A stretch of DNA of 63,858 bases, filler included, from Reticulomyxa filosa (taxonomy: Eukaryota > Protista > Foraminifera), in assembly GCA_000512085.1 (NCBI GenBank). It is 12 parts of 12 records of this genome, joined end to end, with 100 filler letters (N's around TTAATTAATTAA, not from the genome) between each part and the next. Parts side by side here need not be neighbours in the genome. Positions count along the whole stretch, not along the records: positions 48,695 to 55,318 come from ASPP01005327.1; positions 55,419 to 56,680 come from ASPP01011307.1; positions 56,781 to 58,170 come from ASPP01029319.1; positions 58,271 to 59,546 come from ASPP01000819.1; positions 59,647 to 61,607 come from ASPP01044651.1; positions 61,708 to 63,858 come from ASPP01020190.1; 6 more parts are not named here. One strand, written 5' to 3'. The position numbers and the translations under genes are program-made. The notes beneath the pieces are model-generated. The model was not told the DNA's origin. It made no database searches and saw only the letters and a list, made by a program, of their open reading frames with translations. Shown here one piece after another: positions 49,693 through 61,754 of the stretch (positions within the stretch are counted from its first letter, which is position 1; the number at the start of each line of letters is the position of its first letter).

Positions 49693-51933
49693 ATGAGGCA
49701 CTTTATTTTCTTTTTGGTTTTCTCATTATTTGAAGTGTCAACATTAGGGCTGATAATCAAGCATGATGTCAAAGATGGAGTTAAAAGCGTGTGAATATCC
49801 AGTTCAAATACGGCAAAGCCCAAAACAAAAAACACATGACTTAAAAAAAAAAATGAATGACAGATCGAGCCATACAGCTACCAAACGTTTAGCGAAGTGG
49901 CGATGTACAACGAGCAAGAGTCCCCTTCGTCAGCGTCTCCAGGGAACGGCAATGCGTATGTGTTATTCAAATGTTAAGTGTGTGTGTGAAGACAAGGGAT
50001 TGAAAAAAGGGTGTTTCAAAAAAAAAGAAAAAAGGCAAACTACACGTTTAAAAAAAAAAAAAGTGAATGTGCATCGCGAAGAGTACGCAATAGCCTCGTC
50101 AATCGAGCTAATAGTGATACCAGACTCAAATATGGGAGACATAGGAGTGGAGTTCAAGAATGAGTTGCACATCTGTTGCAACTTGCAAATGGTGACGGCC
50201 AAGAAATGCGACCAAGAAGACTTGGACCGATTGATCTTGAAGAAAGACGTGCCCGGTCTATACCGCTACGAAATTGCCTTTGAAAAAGGGGAAAAAGATA
50301 CAAGTATCTTAGTGGTGAGTCCATTGTCCCGACATAACATAACATAGCACATTACTGTGATTTTATTTTATTTGACACATTGGAAAAATGAGACAATTAT
50401 ATATATATATATACATATATATGTATATATAATGTAGACAGATGAAATTCAAGTAACTGGAATTCATGTGTTTGCAATGGCAAGTTGTCGAAATGGATTG
50501 GGCGTGGTCAGATTCGAAGGCGAGTCGGTGTGGATGAATCCTTATGGACACTTGCCTGGTGATGTGTATGGGTATTTGCCCTTCTTCGGCTGGATGACTG
50601 TCACTTATTTGTTGGTTGCCCTCTTCTGGTTTTGTCTTAACGCCATTTTTTGGAAAGAACTGCTCCACGTTCAGGTTGCATTTTTTTTCCCCCTCCCCTT
50701 TTTTTTTTTTTTGAAAAAAAAAAAGGTAGATAGTTTTTTTAATTTATTTATTAATAATGATAGAAAGGGGGGGTGAAAAATTTACGAAAAGAATTTTATA
50801 ACAGGAGTTATGGTAATGTGTCTGATCGAAATGGCGACGTGGTATTTCGACTATTTGCAATTGAATAACGTCGGGTCCCGTCAACAAGGCCCATTCGTGT
50901 TGGGCTTGGTGTTCACAGTGACTCGGAGAATGGTCTCATCCATGCTGGTCGTCGCTGTGTCTTTGGGATTTGGTGTTGTCAAGTTTCGCAATTGCAAATA
51001 TATACATATATATACATATAAATATATATATATATATTTATATGTATATATAAAATAGACCCGCCCTTGGACCAGAGAAAAATAAACTAATCGCTCTTGG
51101 CTGTTTGTATTGGGTATTTGCATTTATGTTTGAAGCGCTGATTCATTACAACCAAACGGAAAAAGTAGAGACGTGGATGAGGGCCATCCTCATCCCGCCG
51201 GTGGCCATATTGAATGGCATATTCTGGTGGTGGACCTTTATCTCTTTGAAAGCGACCATTGATATGCTGAAAACACGCAAGCAGTCGGCCAAGCTACAAC
51301 TATACAAGTCGTTCACGTTAGTGCTGTTGGCCGCGCTGCTTGCTGCCATTGGCTTCGCCATCTATGAAATGTATTACATGCTTCGCGAACTGTATTTCCA
51401 ACAATGGGACCGTCTGTGGTTTGTCGAAGTCGGCTTCTGGCAAATCCTTTTCACTCTCATTTCATCGCCATCATGTTCTTGTGGAGACCTTCACAACACA
51501 GCAAAGCATACGCTTTTGCCTCACAAATCGGCCAAGATGAGGATGCCGATGAGGACGCTGATGATGACGACGACGTACAATTGGGCAAACCCGACACTTT
51601 AAATGAGGAAGATGATGATCATGACCATGGCCACGGTCATGACGCCGGAAATCGCCATAGAAAGCACCCCGAGTTTGGTGGAGCGGCGCCAACGTTAGTA
51701 CTTTTGTGCATCTCTGCCTCTTTTTTTATATACATATAATGTATACACATGCATATATTATTTATTTACTTTTTATGCACTTGGTGTTTGTAAATAGCCC
51801 CAAATTTACAATTGATGACGACGATGATGATGGCTTGGATGCACCGGACCAGTCTGCAAAGAAACCTACTGGGGACGGGGCTTCTAAAGACACATCCATC
51901 AAAACACACACGTCAGAACAAAAATTTGATTGA
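49693..51933 (+). CDS. TMEM87/PTM1-like GOST (lung seven-transmembrane receptor family) protein
   Basis: Signal peptide MRHFIFFLVFSL; WMNPYGHLPGDVYGYLPFFG; RRMVSSMLVVAVSLGFGVV; WTFISLKATI...RKQSAKLQLY; LWRPSQHSKAYAF; acidic tail. Confidence 0.92.
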
Positions 51934-52389
51934 TTTAAAAAAAAATACATTTGTTTTTTTTTTTAATAATCAAATGTTTCTTTTGCGTTTTTGCAATAAC
52001 ACTTTTTTTTTTTCTTTAAAAAAAAACATAAAAATATTTTGATTAAGTTTATATGCTCATCACCATCTCACAAGTAATCTTTCATTATCACCTACGTTTT
52101 TTTGAAATCATGACAATTTAAATTTATATGAATGTGCTCTCTTTTGTTTAAAAATGACAATCTCGCTATTAGAGCATCTCAAATCAATTTGCTCTTAATT
52201 TATTTTTTATTGAAAGCAATTCTTTTATAGTAACAAAAAGGTTACAATTTTTCGAATAACGTGTATAATGCACACGTACAAAGGTGGTCCCAGTTCCTAC
52301 TTTTTGCAAAAACCAAAGTTCTACTAAGTTTTTTTTGGTACGTAATTCCAGGGAATAGCAAACTATACCAAACACAAGTTTTTAAAGAC

Positions 52390-54114
52390 ATGGGCTGCAT
52401 ATCATCTTCAGAGACCAAAACTATTGAAGATAAACGAGTGGCAAATGAAATGGAAGAGGCAAAAGTGCTGGACCGATCCGTCCGAAAGCTGTTGTTGTTA
52501 GGAGCAGGTCAACGAAAATAGTGTTGCATTGTTAAAGTGGACAAAAACGGAAAAAAAAGGGGGAAAATCAAATTATCTAATATATTTATGATTTTAACTC
52601 TCGGAGATTTAAAACAAAAAAAACAATATGCAGGTGGAAGTGGAAAATCAACATTCTTCAAACAGCTGACAAATTTACATGGCGGTGGTTTTCAAAATCG
52701 TGACCGCAAGTCGTTTAAAGATCAAATGTATGAGCAATTGATTGATACAATGAAGTTGATGATAACAAAATGTGAAGAATTTTTTGATGATGACCCAAAA
52801 GAAAACGCAGATTTCGAATTAGCACAAACTAGCCAGACCAGTGCTGACGTAATTTTGGCCACAAGAAACAACTCGCCAATGACAACGGAATTGGTAAGAC
52901 ATTTGGAAACACTGTGGAAAGATTCTGCTATACAACATGCCTTTAAAATTCGCAACAAGATATGTGTGCCCGATTCGACGGGAATTTTCTTGGAAAAATT
53001 ATCAATCATTTCTGCTGATGACTACATCCCAACAGACGAAGTTTTGTAACCCTTTTTTTTTTTTTAATTAAAAAAAACTAAACGTATAATAAAGTTGTTT
53101 TTTTTTTTAGGACTTTTTTTTATGTACGCTATGAAAAAGCCACCTCCCCTCTTTTGACCCCTGTTGCAAAATTTTTTTTTTTGTTTCTTTAAGATATGCT
53201 ACCTCAAAAGAAAGATGGACGAAAGTGTGCATGTGTAAATTTTTTAAAATGCTCTATCCAATAAAAAAATAATGATAAAATAATAAATATGTAAATAGGA
53301 TTTATTATTGGTACGCTACCGCACCACCGGAATGGCAGAAAAAGACTTTACGATCAATAATGAGTCATTCAAAGTGGTAGATGTCGGTGGACAACGCAAC
53401 GAGCGCAGAAAATGGATTCACTTTTTTGATGGCGTGACGGCAGTGTTGTTTGTGGTCTCGCTGAGTGCATATAACGAGCTTACATTTGAAGACGAAGACT
53501 TGAATGTGATGATTGATTCATTGAATATTTTCGAGGAACAGCTCAACAGTCCAAGCTTTGAAAATACCGCCTTCATTTTGTTCTTAAATAAAAATGATGT
53601 TTTTAAGGAGCGAGTCAAGGAGACACCAATCACCGTTTGTTTCCCTGACTACACCGGCCCACAAGGCTATGACGAGTGTATGTTTGTTTTTTGCTTGCGC
53701 TCTCTTCCTTGTGGTGGATACGTGGAGATATTTTTTTGATACATACTGCAATATGGGGTTTAAAAATTGTGTACGGTACACGCATATTCATCTTGGGCTT
53801 AGCTTTTTCCAAAAAAAAAAATGCTTATGTGTGTGTATTGTTTGGATATAATCATATGTACAGCATTACAGTATATTCGTTCTCAATTCGAACAAAAAAA
53901 TAATTCCCCTGAAAAACGCGAGATATACATCCACATCACACAAGCCACCGACAAAGATAATGTGAAAAAAGTTTTTGGTGATGTGCAACACATTGTCATT
54001 AACTGGAGCTTAGAAAAATGTTAGTCTTTTTAAATTTATTTGTTTGCTTATGAAACGTGGGGGGTCTGTGTTTGTCTTTGAAAAATGTGGATACATATAG
54101 CTGGCTTGATTTAA
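52390..54114 (+). CDS. Heterotrimeric G-protein alpha subunit, 5 exons
   Basis: MGC acylation motif, LLLLGA|GGSGKST, RYRTTG, DVGGQRNERRKWIH, FLNKND, TQATD, C-terminal SGLI*. Confidence 0.97.
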
Positions 54115-54707
54115 TTCTACATTCGTTTTACGCTTTGCATCCACGACAGCAGGGAGAAGCAAGAAAGTGGAAGACATTTGTTTTTCTTGTTCTTTGAGAT
54201 ATGTTTAAAAAAAAAGTCTGTTTTGAGATGATCTTGTTTTACATCTCTTGGAATTCCTTGTTGTCACCAGGTTTGTTTTCCCCCTTTTTCTTTTGTTTTG
54301 TTTTTTTTTTGCTGTTATCTGTTTCTTTGTGTTTTTTTCTGTTGATTGGGCGTTTTTTTAGCCGCAGATAATTTTTTTTTGTAAGTGAACACTTTAATTT
54401 GTTGCGTGGAACAAATTTAAGATATATTGAGTGTCCATGTCTCTGCTGCAAAAATATTCGTTCAGTTAAGCAACAACTTTGTTTAAATAGTTAGTTTTTG
54501 CCCATTTAAAACTTTGGATTTAATTCGCTCTTTTTTAAAAAAAGTTGATTTAAAAATTAATCACAACCTTCTTGATCTGCAAGCTTCGCAAAACGTTTGT
54601 TTTAAAAAGTTGCTTTTTTTTGTTAAAACAACTAAAAAGAAAAGCAAAGGGGACCTTGATTTTTTAATTACAACAAAAAACACCTTGTGCCACTCTTATT
54701 AGACAGG

Positions 54708-55186
54708 ATGTTGTCAGGACTAAAAAATGCCTGGTTTCGCCAGAGCTTCAATGGTTGCACTAACTTGAGAAGAGTTGAGTTGTTTGACATAAGTTTGAAT
54801 CAGAAAGACAGACAGGAACTGAAGCGGAGGGATTGAACACAACGTTGTGTGATGTGTGAAAAAATAGTCAATAACCTCATCAAACAAAGTGGAATTTCAA
54901 AAAAGTGCAACAGATCGACCATTTGAAAAAATATTGATAGCAAACCGTGGTGAAATTGCGTGTCGTATAATTCGCACTTGCCGAAAGATGGGCATCCGAA
55001 CAGTGGCTGTTCACAGCGAGGCCGACGCCCATGGTTTGTTTGTTCACCAGGCCGATGAGAGCATTTGTATCGGTCCTGCACCAACGGGACAATCTTATTT
55101 GCAAATTGAGCGCATCGTCAACGCTGCCAAAATGACCGGCGCTCAAGCTGTACATCCTGGCTTTGGCTTTTTATCTGAAAATAACG
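54708..55186 (+). CDS. PCCA: Mitochondrial biotin carboxylase subunit, most like propionyl-CoA carboxylase alpha (5' part only)
   Basis: Presequence-like [14 protein letters not shown]; [32 protein letters not shown]; [16 protein letters not shown]1 not excluded. Confidence 0.75.
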
Positions 55187-55731
55187 TTGAGTTTTTTTTT
55201 ATTATTAAAAAAAACTTGAGATCCCCTTTCATCACTTAAAATAAAAAAAAACAAAATTTCATTCCCTCTATGTCCTCCCCTTCTTTCAAATGTTTGATTC
55301 AAATTTTTTTTTTTTTGTNNNNNNNNNNNNNNNNNNNNNNNNNNNNNNNNNNNNNNNNNNNNTTAATTAATTAANNNNNNNNNNNNNNNNNNNNNNNNNN
55401 NNNNNNNNNNNNNNNNNNTTTTTTTTTATGTTATTATTTCGATACCATTTTATTTTGCTTATGGGGGAAACAGTCTTCAATAAATACCTAAGCATATTAT
55501 TTTATGTATTGTTTACGTTACGTATTTTGGATTTTCTCATTATAATCACTTTTTCTACACATCTTCATAACTCTATTTTTTTTTTACTGTTATCACACGC
55601 GAAAATTCTCTTTTCGTATCATCGCCCAAGTTTAGCTTCAGTTCCTTTAACCGACCAATGATTTTCAGAAAGTAGTTTTTGGAAGTTGAACATTTTAACC
55701 CCTTTTTTTTTTTTTTTGAATATTGACGATA

Positions 55732-56500
55732 ATGGCAACCCAAACCAATAAGTATGATATTTTGAATTTACAAAATAGCAAAGCTGTAAGACAGATGTTT
55801 GCAAAACAAGGAATGCCGGATTCATCAGTCTCGGAAATGGTTGTATTATCAACAAAAGTTGTGAAAATAAATCGAAAAGGAAAAGATCAAGAGCGTGTAT
55901 TAATTGTTTCAAACCAAAACATGTGTGTATTTATCTACTTTTCCTTTCTGTCCCTGCAGTGCTTTCTCATATGCATTGCATTATCAGTAATGAAAATTGA
56001 GAGGGAGGAAAGAAGGAGTATGTAAAAGTGGGCAAAACATGTTTGGGATTGAGACAACAGTTACAATTGCAAGCCAAACAAATACGGTAATCCTCAGCGT
56101 GTGGTATCTCTTGCAAAAGTAGCAGGGATAACAAAGAGTTCACGTTCAGCTGAATTTGTACTACACGTACCAGATGAATACGATTATCGAATGAAATCAG
56201 TTTTGCAAAAAAAAAAAAAAATTTGCTCACTTACATTTTACACTTAAGAGATGGCGTTGTGATCCACCCGTTTTTGGAACATACATACGTATACCTAAAA
56301 CATTAACCCAAAGGTGACATCCACAAGCCAATCTGGATCGTCTCCTAACAATAAGCAGTTTATCGACAGAGATACAATTATCAGGGTAATAACAGATTGT
56401 TATCAGCAGCTGACAAAGTGCAAGAAGTTTTGTGTGGTCACAGTGGATGAAGAGTCTTTGGTAAATGTCACATGGACTCGAACGTATACAAACAAAGTGG
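55732..56500 (+). CDS. Protein starting with a myosin-I TH1/PH-like domain (3'-truncated by gap)
   Basis: STKVVKINRKGKDQERVLIVSNQN, EFVLHVPDEYDYR, RDTIIRVI. Confidence 0.65.
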
Positions 56501-56645
56501 TCAGAAATTTAAAAATACAAAACACACTGAAAGCCAAGGGAGAGAAAGAGAGAGGGAGAGACGAGACAAGTGCAAAAATAGGGCAAGAAAAAATAAATAA
56601 ATTAAAATATAATACCAAAAAAAAAAAAAAAAAAAATTTTTAAAA

Positions 56646-56680
<35 letters not shown>

Positions 56681-56780
56681 NNNNNNNNNNNNNNNNNNNN
56701 NNNNNNNNNNNNNNNNNNNNNNNNTTAATTAATTAANNNNNNNNNNNNNNNNNNNNNNNNNNNNNNNNNNNNNNNNNNNN

Positions 56781-57435
56781 TCTCTTGCTATATTTTCTAC
56801 ATGTCCACAAATAATTACAATCAAGCAATTGTATTTGCGTGTATTTTTATAAAGCTCATAATCTGTAATTAATTTGACCAAAAATGATTGAAGATATCGT
56901 TTTATCATTTTTGTGATTGATCACATACAAATTCATACTTCAGTTTTTGTTCAAGTAATTGCTTGAAATTCGTGAAATCCTTTTCATTTACATTTGTAAG
57001 ATTTTTCCATGTTTCATTATCTATTTATTCAATGATCACAATTATTATCACTAGTGCATTTTTTGCTGTTTTTATTTTTCAAATTATTATTGGGACCCAA
57101 GTTATTTAAAGATATGTTTATCAATATATTCATCCGATTCAACTACGTTATCATACTTATCAACTAATTGCAATTTTAAATTTTCTTTATTGATTTTTTC
57201 GAAATCTGTTTGTTCCAAAAAATAATATCTTTTAAGAAGAAGTTCTTAAAATGTCAATTTTTTTATTGTTATCAATTTTTCTATTTAAGCACCTGTATAT
57301 ATGCTGTAAACTATTTATATTTTGTATATATTTCGAATTAAGAAAAATTTTAAAAAGCACAATTAGTAACTTCTTCTTCTTTGATATCTGAATGCTTATA
57401 TATATCTTTCTTTCAAAATATCCAAATGTCAACTG
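56781..57435 (-). pseudogene. Decayed PB1-like + caspase-like paralogue of 758-1732
   Basis: Reverse strand gives LKLQLVDKYDNVVESDE, KNALVIII, WKNL, LEQKLKYEFVC, YNCLIVIICGH in the same order as the intact gene, with many stops and frameshifts. Confidence 0.8.
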
Positions 57436-57787
57436 ACTAATGATTATCTTTATTTTATTTTTTTTGAAAAAATCTCACTATTCTTTTTTATTTTTTGTTA
57501 AAGTTTATTGACAAACACTTACATCATTCAAAACGATTAATCTTCAGTATATATATCAAATTAAACTCCAATGCAATGTCATCAAAACAAATATATTTCT
57601 ATTGAAACGAATTAATTTGTCCGTATTTGAGCATATTTATAAACATTTTTGGAAAAAATAATCGATTTATATTGTGCGATGCAATTTTTTAAAATTTGTT
57701 TGAATTCTTTCCAACAATTTCTCAAAATATTTTGTTTGCTTTGAATTAGCAGTAGAATCTGGCGGAGGATAGAAGCATTGACATTTA

Positions 57788-58170
57788 CTATGACTTATTG
57801 GTCGATTCTTTCAAAGCAATGGCCTCTTTGACACGCTGGATTTCTGCCCTCACTTTATTGGCGACACTATTGCAACTGGAAAAAATATGAAAGACACGTT
57901 GCAGTTTGTGTTCTTCTGCTTCCATTTCCGAAACTTTGGCTCGAAGTTGTTGGTTTTGGAGAGTTGTGCGTTCGCGAATCAGTTCAATTTTGGCCTCTGT
58001 GGCGCTGGTATCGACCCCCTGAGACTTTGTAACTTCTAATTTCTGCGTTTCCAATTCAATTTCTTGATAAGATCGAGCCATATCCTCTTCCAATCGGCGA
58101 GTCGACAAATACAGAGATTGCAGAGTATTTTGATGAGATATCAATATGTCGGTGGATGGAATGTGATCCT
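57788..58170 (-). CDS. 3' fragment of a coiled-coil protein
   Basis: Open frame from the contig edge with heptad, E/K/Q/L-rich composition. Confidence 0.45.
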
Positions 58171-58270
58171 NNNNNNNNNNNNNNNNNNNNNNNNNNNNNN
58201 NNNNNNNNNNNNNNTTAATTAATTAANNNNNNNNNNNNNNNNNNNNNNNNNNNNNNNNNNNNNNNNNNNN

Positions 58271-59546
58271 TAGTTTAGCACTAATACGGACGACACGTTG
58301 AGAGTAAAGAACTTATTTGAGGAATATGTTTAGTGTACGTTTGGACGTTTTGGGGGAGGTGAGCTAGGCATATGTAAATGAAAGAAATAGTGTGATGATA
58401 TGATGATAGATTGAAGTGCTGAACACAATCGAATTGGAAGAAAAAATAAGTTGAAGTACATTTAAAATGTGTATTGCGAGAAAAAGAAGTTAGATAGTTG
58501 TTATTTCAATAAGAGCAATTGCGTGGTACTTGCAAAGTCGAATAAAATATTGGCGTGTCCGGTGAAGGATATAATTGATAAAATATCACGAAAAGCTGAA
58601 TGGGACAGTCAAGGACGACATAAACATTCAAAGTCGTCGTCGAATCACATCGGAATGGGAACACACAAACACAAAATATGCAAGCTACTACAAAAATATG
58701 AACACAAGCAAACGCGCATGAAAAATAACAGATTAAAACGATTGAAATCAAAGAGATATCATCCTTTTGGTGGATTGCAATCATCGACTCGTTCCAGCAT
58801 TTGCACGTGTTGTTGGTCGGGTGCTATTGGCCACAAATGCATTTGGAAATACGTTGTCTGCAATTGTATTTGAAGTTGAATCGAACAGACTGTCCTTCGT
58901 TTCAATCGATTGTCGATGCGATTGAACAATATTTCTCATCGAAGCCTGTTGACAGTAATGTGCTTGCTACAAACAACACAACGATAATAATAATGACAAT
59001 GTATATTGGGGCTTTCGAATGGAATTGTTTGGTATATTTTCGGATGGAGAAGTAGCAATTGACTTCTCATGTCTATTGGACTGCAATCACAATTGTTTGT
59101 TGCAATCCACCGTTGCTCATCCACAGCATTAGGACATCCCCGACTATTTGTTTTCGCTGTCGCTGTTTTCCAACAGCTATGGACAATGGACCTGCAACCC
59201 GCCCGATGTATTTGCATCGACTAGCACGTCCCAAAGCAGCTCGCTAAAGCAAGAGGACCCCGAGTTGGACGCGTGGACAAAGATAAAGACAAAGGCGTGT
59301 TGTTTGAGTAGGTGAATTATCACACGATACCGGCGGTCCAAGTCGCAATGATGCACTATTATCTGTGCAGTCTTGAGCAGCACTTGTTCGACGCGCTCAA
59401 GTCGACGGACGAACTCGCGATCCGGTCGTTGCGCACAAGATCGAGGCTGTGAAGAAGACGATCAAGTTGGTGGGGCAGTGTTACAGCAAGTGCGCCTTGT
59501 GCTTGTGGTGTACTTTGACAGATTGGACGGACTAAACATGAACGAA
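58271..59546 (+). pseudogene. Decayed coding relic; 5' part resembles the HAD-like domain at 27350-28051
   Basis: KKLDSCYF, AEWDSQGR, ILLVDCNH parallel LKLNSYF, IGWDHPLR, ILFVDCNH; many stops and frameshifts. Confidence 0.4.
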
Positions 59547-59676
59547 NNNNNNNNNNNNNNNNNNNNNNNNNNNNNNNNNNNNNNNNNNNNTTAATTAATT
59601 AANNNNNNNNNNNNNNNNNNNNNNNNNNNNNNNNNNNNNNNNNNNNACATTTTTGAAACAATTAGGAAGATATAAT

Positions 59677-59830
59677 AAAAAACAAAAACTACATTTTAAA
59701 CTACACGATCCGTAGATATCTTTTTAAAAATTAGATTTAAGTGTTGTTTCTTCATAAGGAAATTAATCGTTTCTATAAGATGCCGTTTTAAATGTCAAAT
59801 TTCTTTGCATTTTACTGTATTTTTTTCAAT
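59677..59830 (+). repeat. Dispersed ~150-bp repeat, copy 3
   Basis: Aligns by eye with 49328-49478. Confidence 0.8.
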
Positions 59831-60160
59831 ATCCCTTTAATACATAAACGAAAAACACTTTTACATATTTGATAACAAATTGGTAAAGGTTTTTTTTCAT
59901 ATGCCCTTTTGGCACGTTACTCTGTGAAAGAGAGAAATTTAGAGTCAAATATTTTGATATGAGGTTACGTTTGTCTCTTAACTGTGTAATCAAATGTATT
60001 TACTTTTTTAACTGTTTGACTTTGTTCATAAAACGAGCGTAGTGAAAGCGCTGGAACGAATACATCTTTGGGGATGTGTTCAATAGAAATGCAAACAAAC
60101 TCATGTGAAGAGTTTAGTTAGTAATCTTTTGAAATCTCTTTTCTTTTTAAGTTTTACTGT

Positions 60161-61607
60161 ATGCTACACAGTGATTCCAATACTGTGAACTCTCAAGCTC
60201 TTCTGGTAGGCGAGAAAAATGGAGCCATCACTAACGACATTATTGCAGAATTAGTGGATACAATTTCTGAATCAAAAAACAATTTGGAGGAAGAGAAAAA
60301 CCCAGAACAACTGCCAACCAAAGTGGGCTAATATTTGAATTTTTTTCTTTGTTGAGTGTAGTTTGCGTCACATTATTTACTAAACATGTCCTTCTTTTAT
60401 ACACAAAAAAAAATACGAAAAAATTTACAAGCATGAGATTGAGAGACAGGGATCGATAATGCAAAAAGAAACCGTAAATAACACACAAGTTAAGTGTAAG
60501 TACCATTTTTGACGACTTTTCTCTCCTTTGATTGGAGCCTCGCATCTTCGCACAGACCGACATTGGAGTCGCTGGACCAAGCATAATCCAACCAAAAGAA
60601 AACAGTATTTGGGAAAAAGTTTTGTTTGCTTTATACCAAGTATATTTTACCAGTATTGTATTTTTGTATCAATTTTTAGGTCAGCTTGTTCTCAAAAAAA
60701 TAGTTTCGTTGGCACAAACAACATGGTTGCAAACAAAAAGAGCTCGTGTATATCGAAGAAAAAGACCCGTTGATAAATGGTATACAGATCAACGGTGGAT
60801 TAATAGTGCAAACGATGGAAGAACGATTTATATATATATCTCCGGAAGACAAATCGCTGACACAAATAGTTTATTCGCACTCTATATTGCGCTCCATTTT
60901 TTGAAAGATGTCAGATTTTGTTCCTCGTAACAAATAAAATACATAGATCCATGATCCAACTGACGAAAACATGACTGCTCTTAGTAGTTTTTGCATGCAG
61001 TACATGAAATCGAAAGCAGTTACAAATATTTCACTTTCCTCCTGTGTTTCCCTCCACTGTTCTCCTTTTCAAATGAATACACGAAATATGGGAATGGATG
61101 TGACACCAAAAGTTGGTCAATGGTGAAAGACTGGTTGCTTACTGTGAAATAAAGTACAATCAATGGTGGCCTCACTCGCGCATCATTTCACGCACATCTG
61201 TTTCTGTAACTGAATTGCGCATGGATTATGGAAAAATGTATGCTGTGACAGAAAGTAAAGAGCATGTGTTGCTAATGGAGGATGATCTGAAGGTATATCT
61301 GCCTACACAAGTTTTTTTATTCTTTTTTTCTCCTCAAGTGTAACACCAATCACAAAACAATAAAAGACCCCCGAGACCGGCTGCTGGATTGACTTAGTTT
61401 CGACCAAACCAAAAAAAACAAAAGAAAACAAGTTTTTATTTGTAAAAAAATGTTTCTAATGGTTTTGGTGATTGTGTTGTTAGAGCATACCAAATCAGAT
61501 ATTAATTGAAGAAAAATACCAGTTAGAACTGAATTTACCTTATTATTTTTCACGGCAAATAAAAAACAGAATGTTTTAAGTACGGTGGATCAAAAAATAA
61601 TACAGTA
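60161..61607 (+). CDS. Hypothetical multi-exon protein with one hydrophobic segment (3'-truncated)
   Basis: ATG at 60161 (MLHSDSNTVNSQ...), short GT-AG bounded exons, hydrophobic VLFALYQVYFTSIVFLYQFLG. No family recognised. Confidence 0.45.
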
Positions 61608-61754
61608 NNNNNNNNNNNNNNNNNNNNNNNNNNNNNNNNNNNNNNNNNNNNTTAATTAATTAANNNNNNNNNNNNNNNNNNNNNNNNNNNNNNNNNNNNN
61701 NNNNNNNAGATAGATAGATAGATAGATAGATAGAGAGTAGAATAGAATAATATA

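Noticed and set aside
52500-52655. G-alpha P-loop GAGGSGKS (vs GAGESGKS) as a GTPase-dead variant
   Set aside because: Catalytic Arg (RTTG) and Gln (DVGGQ) are intact; the substitution alone does not show loss of function.
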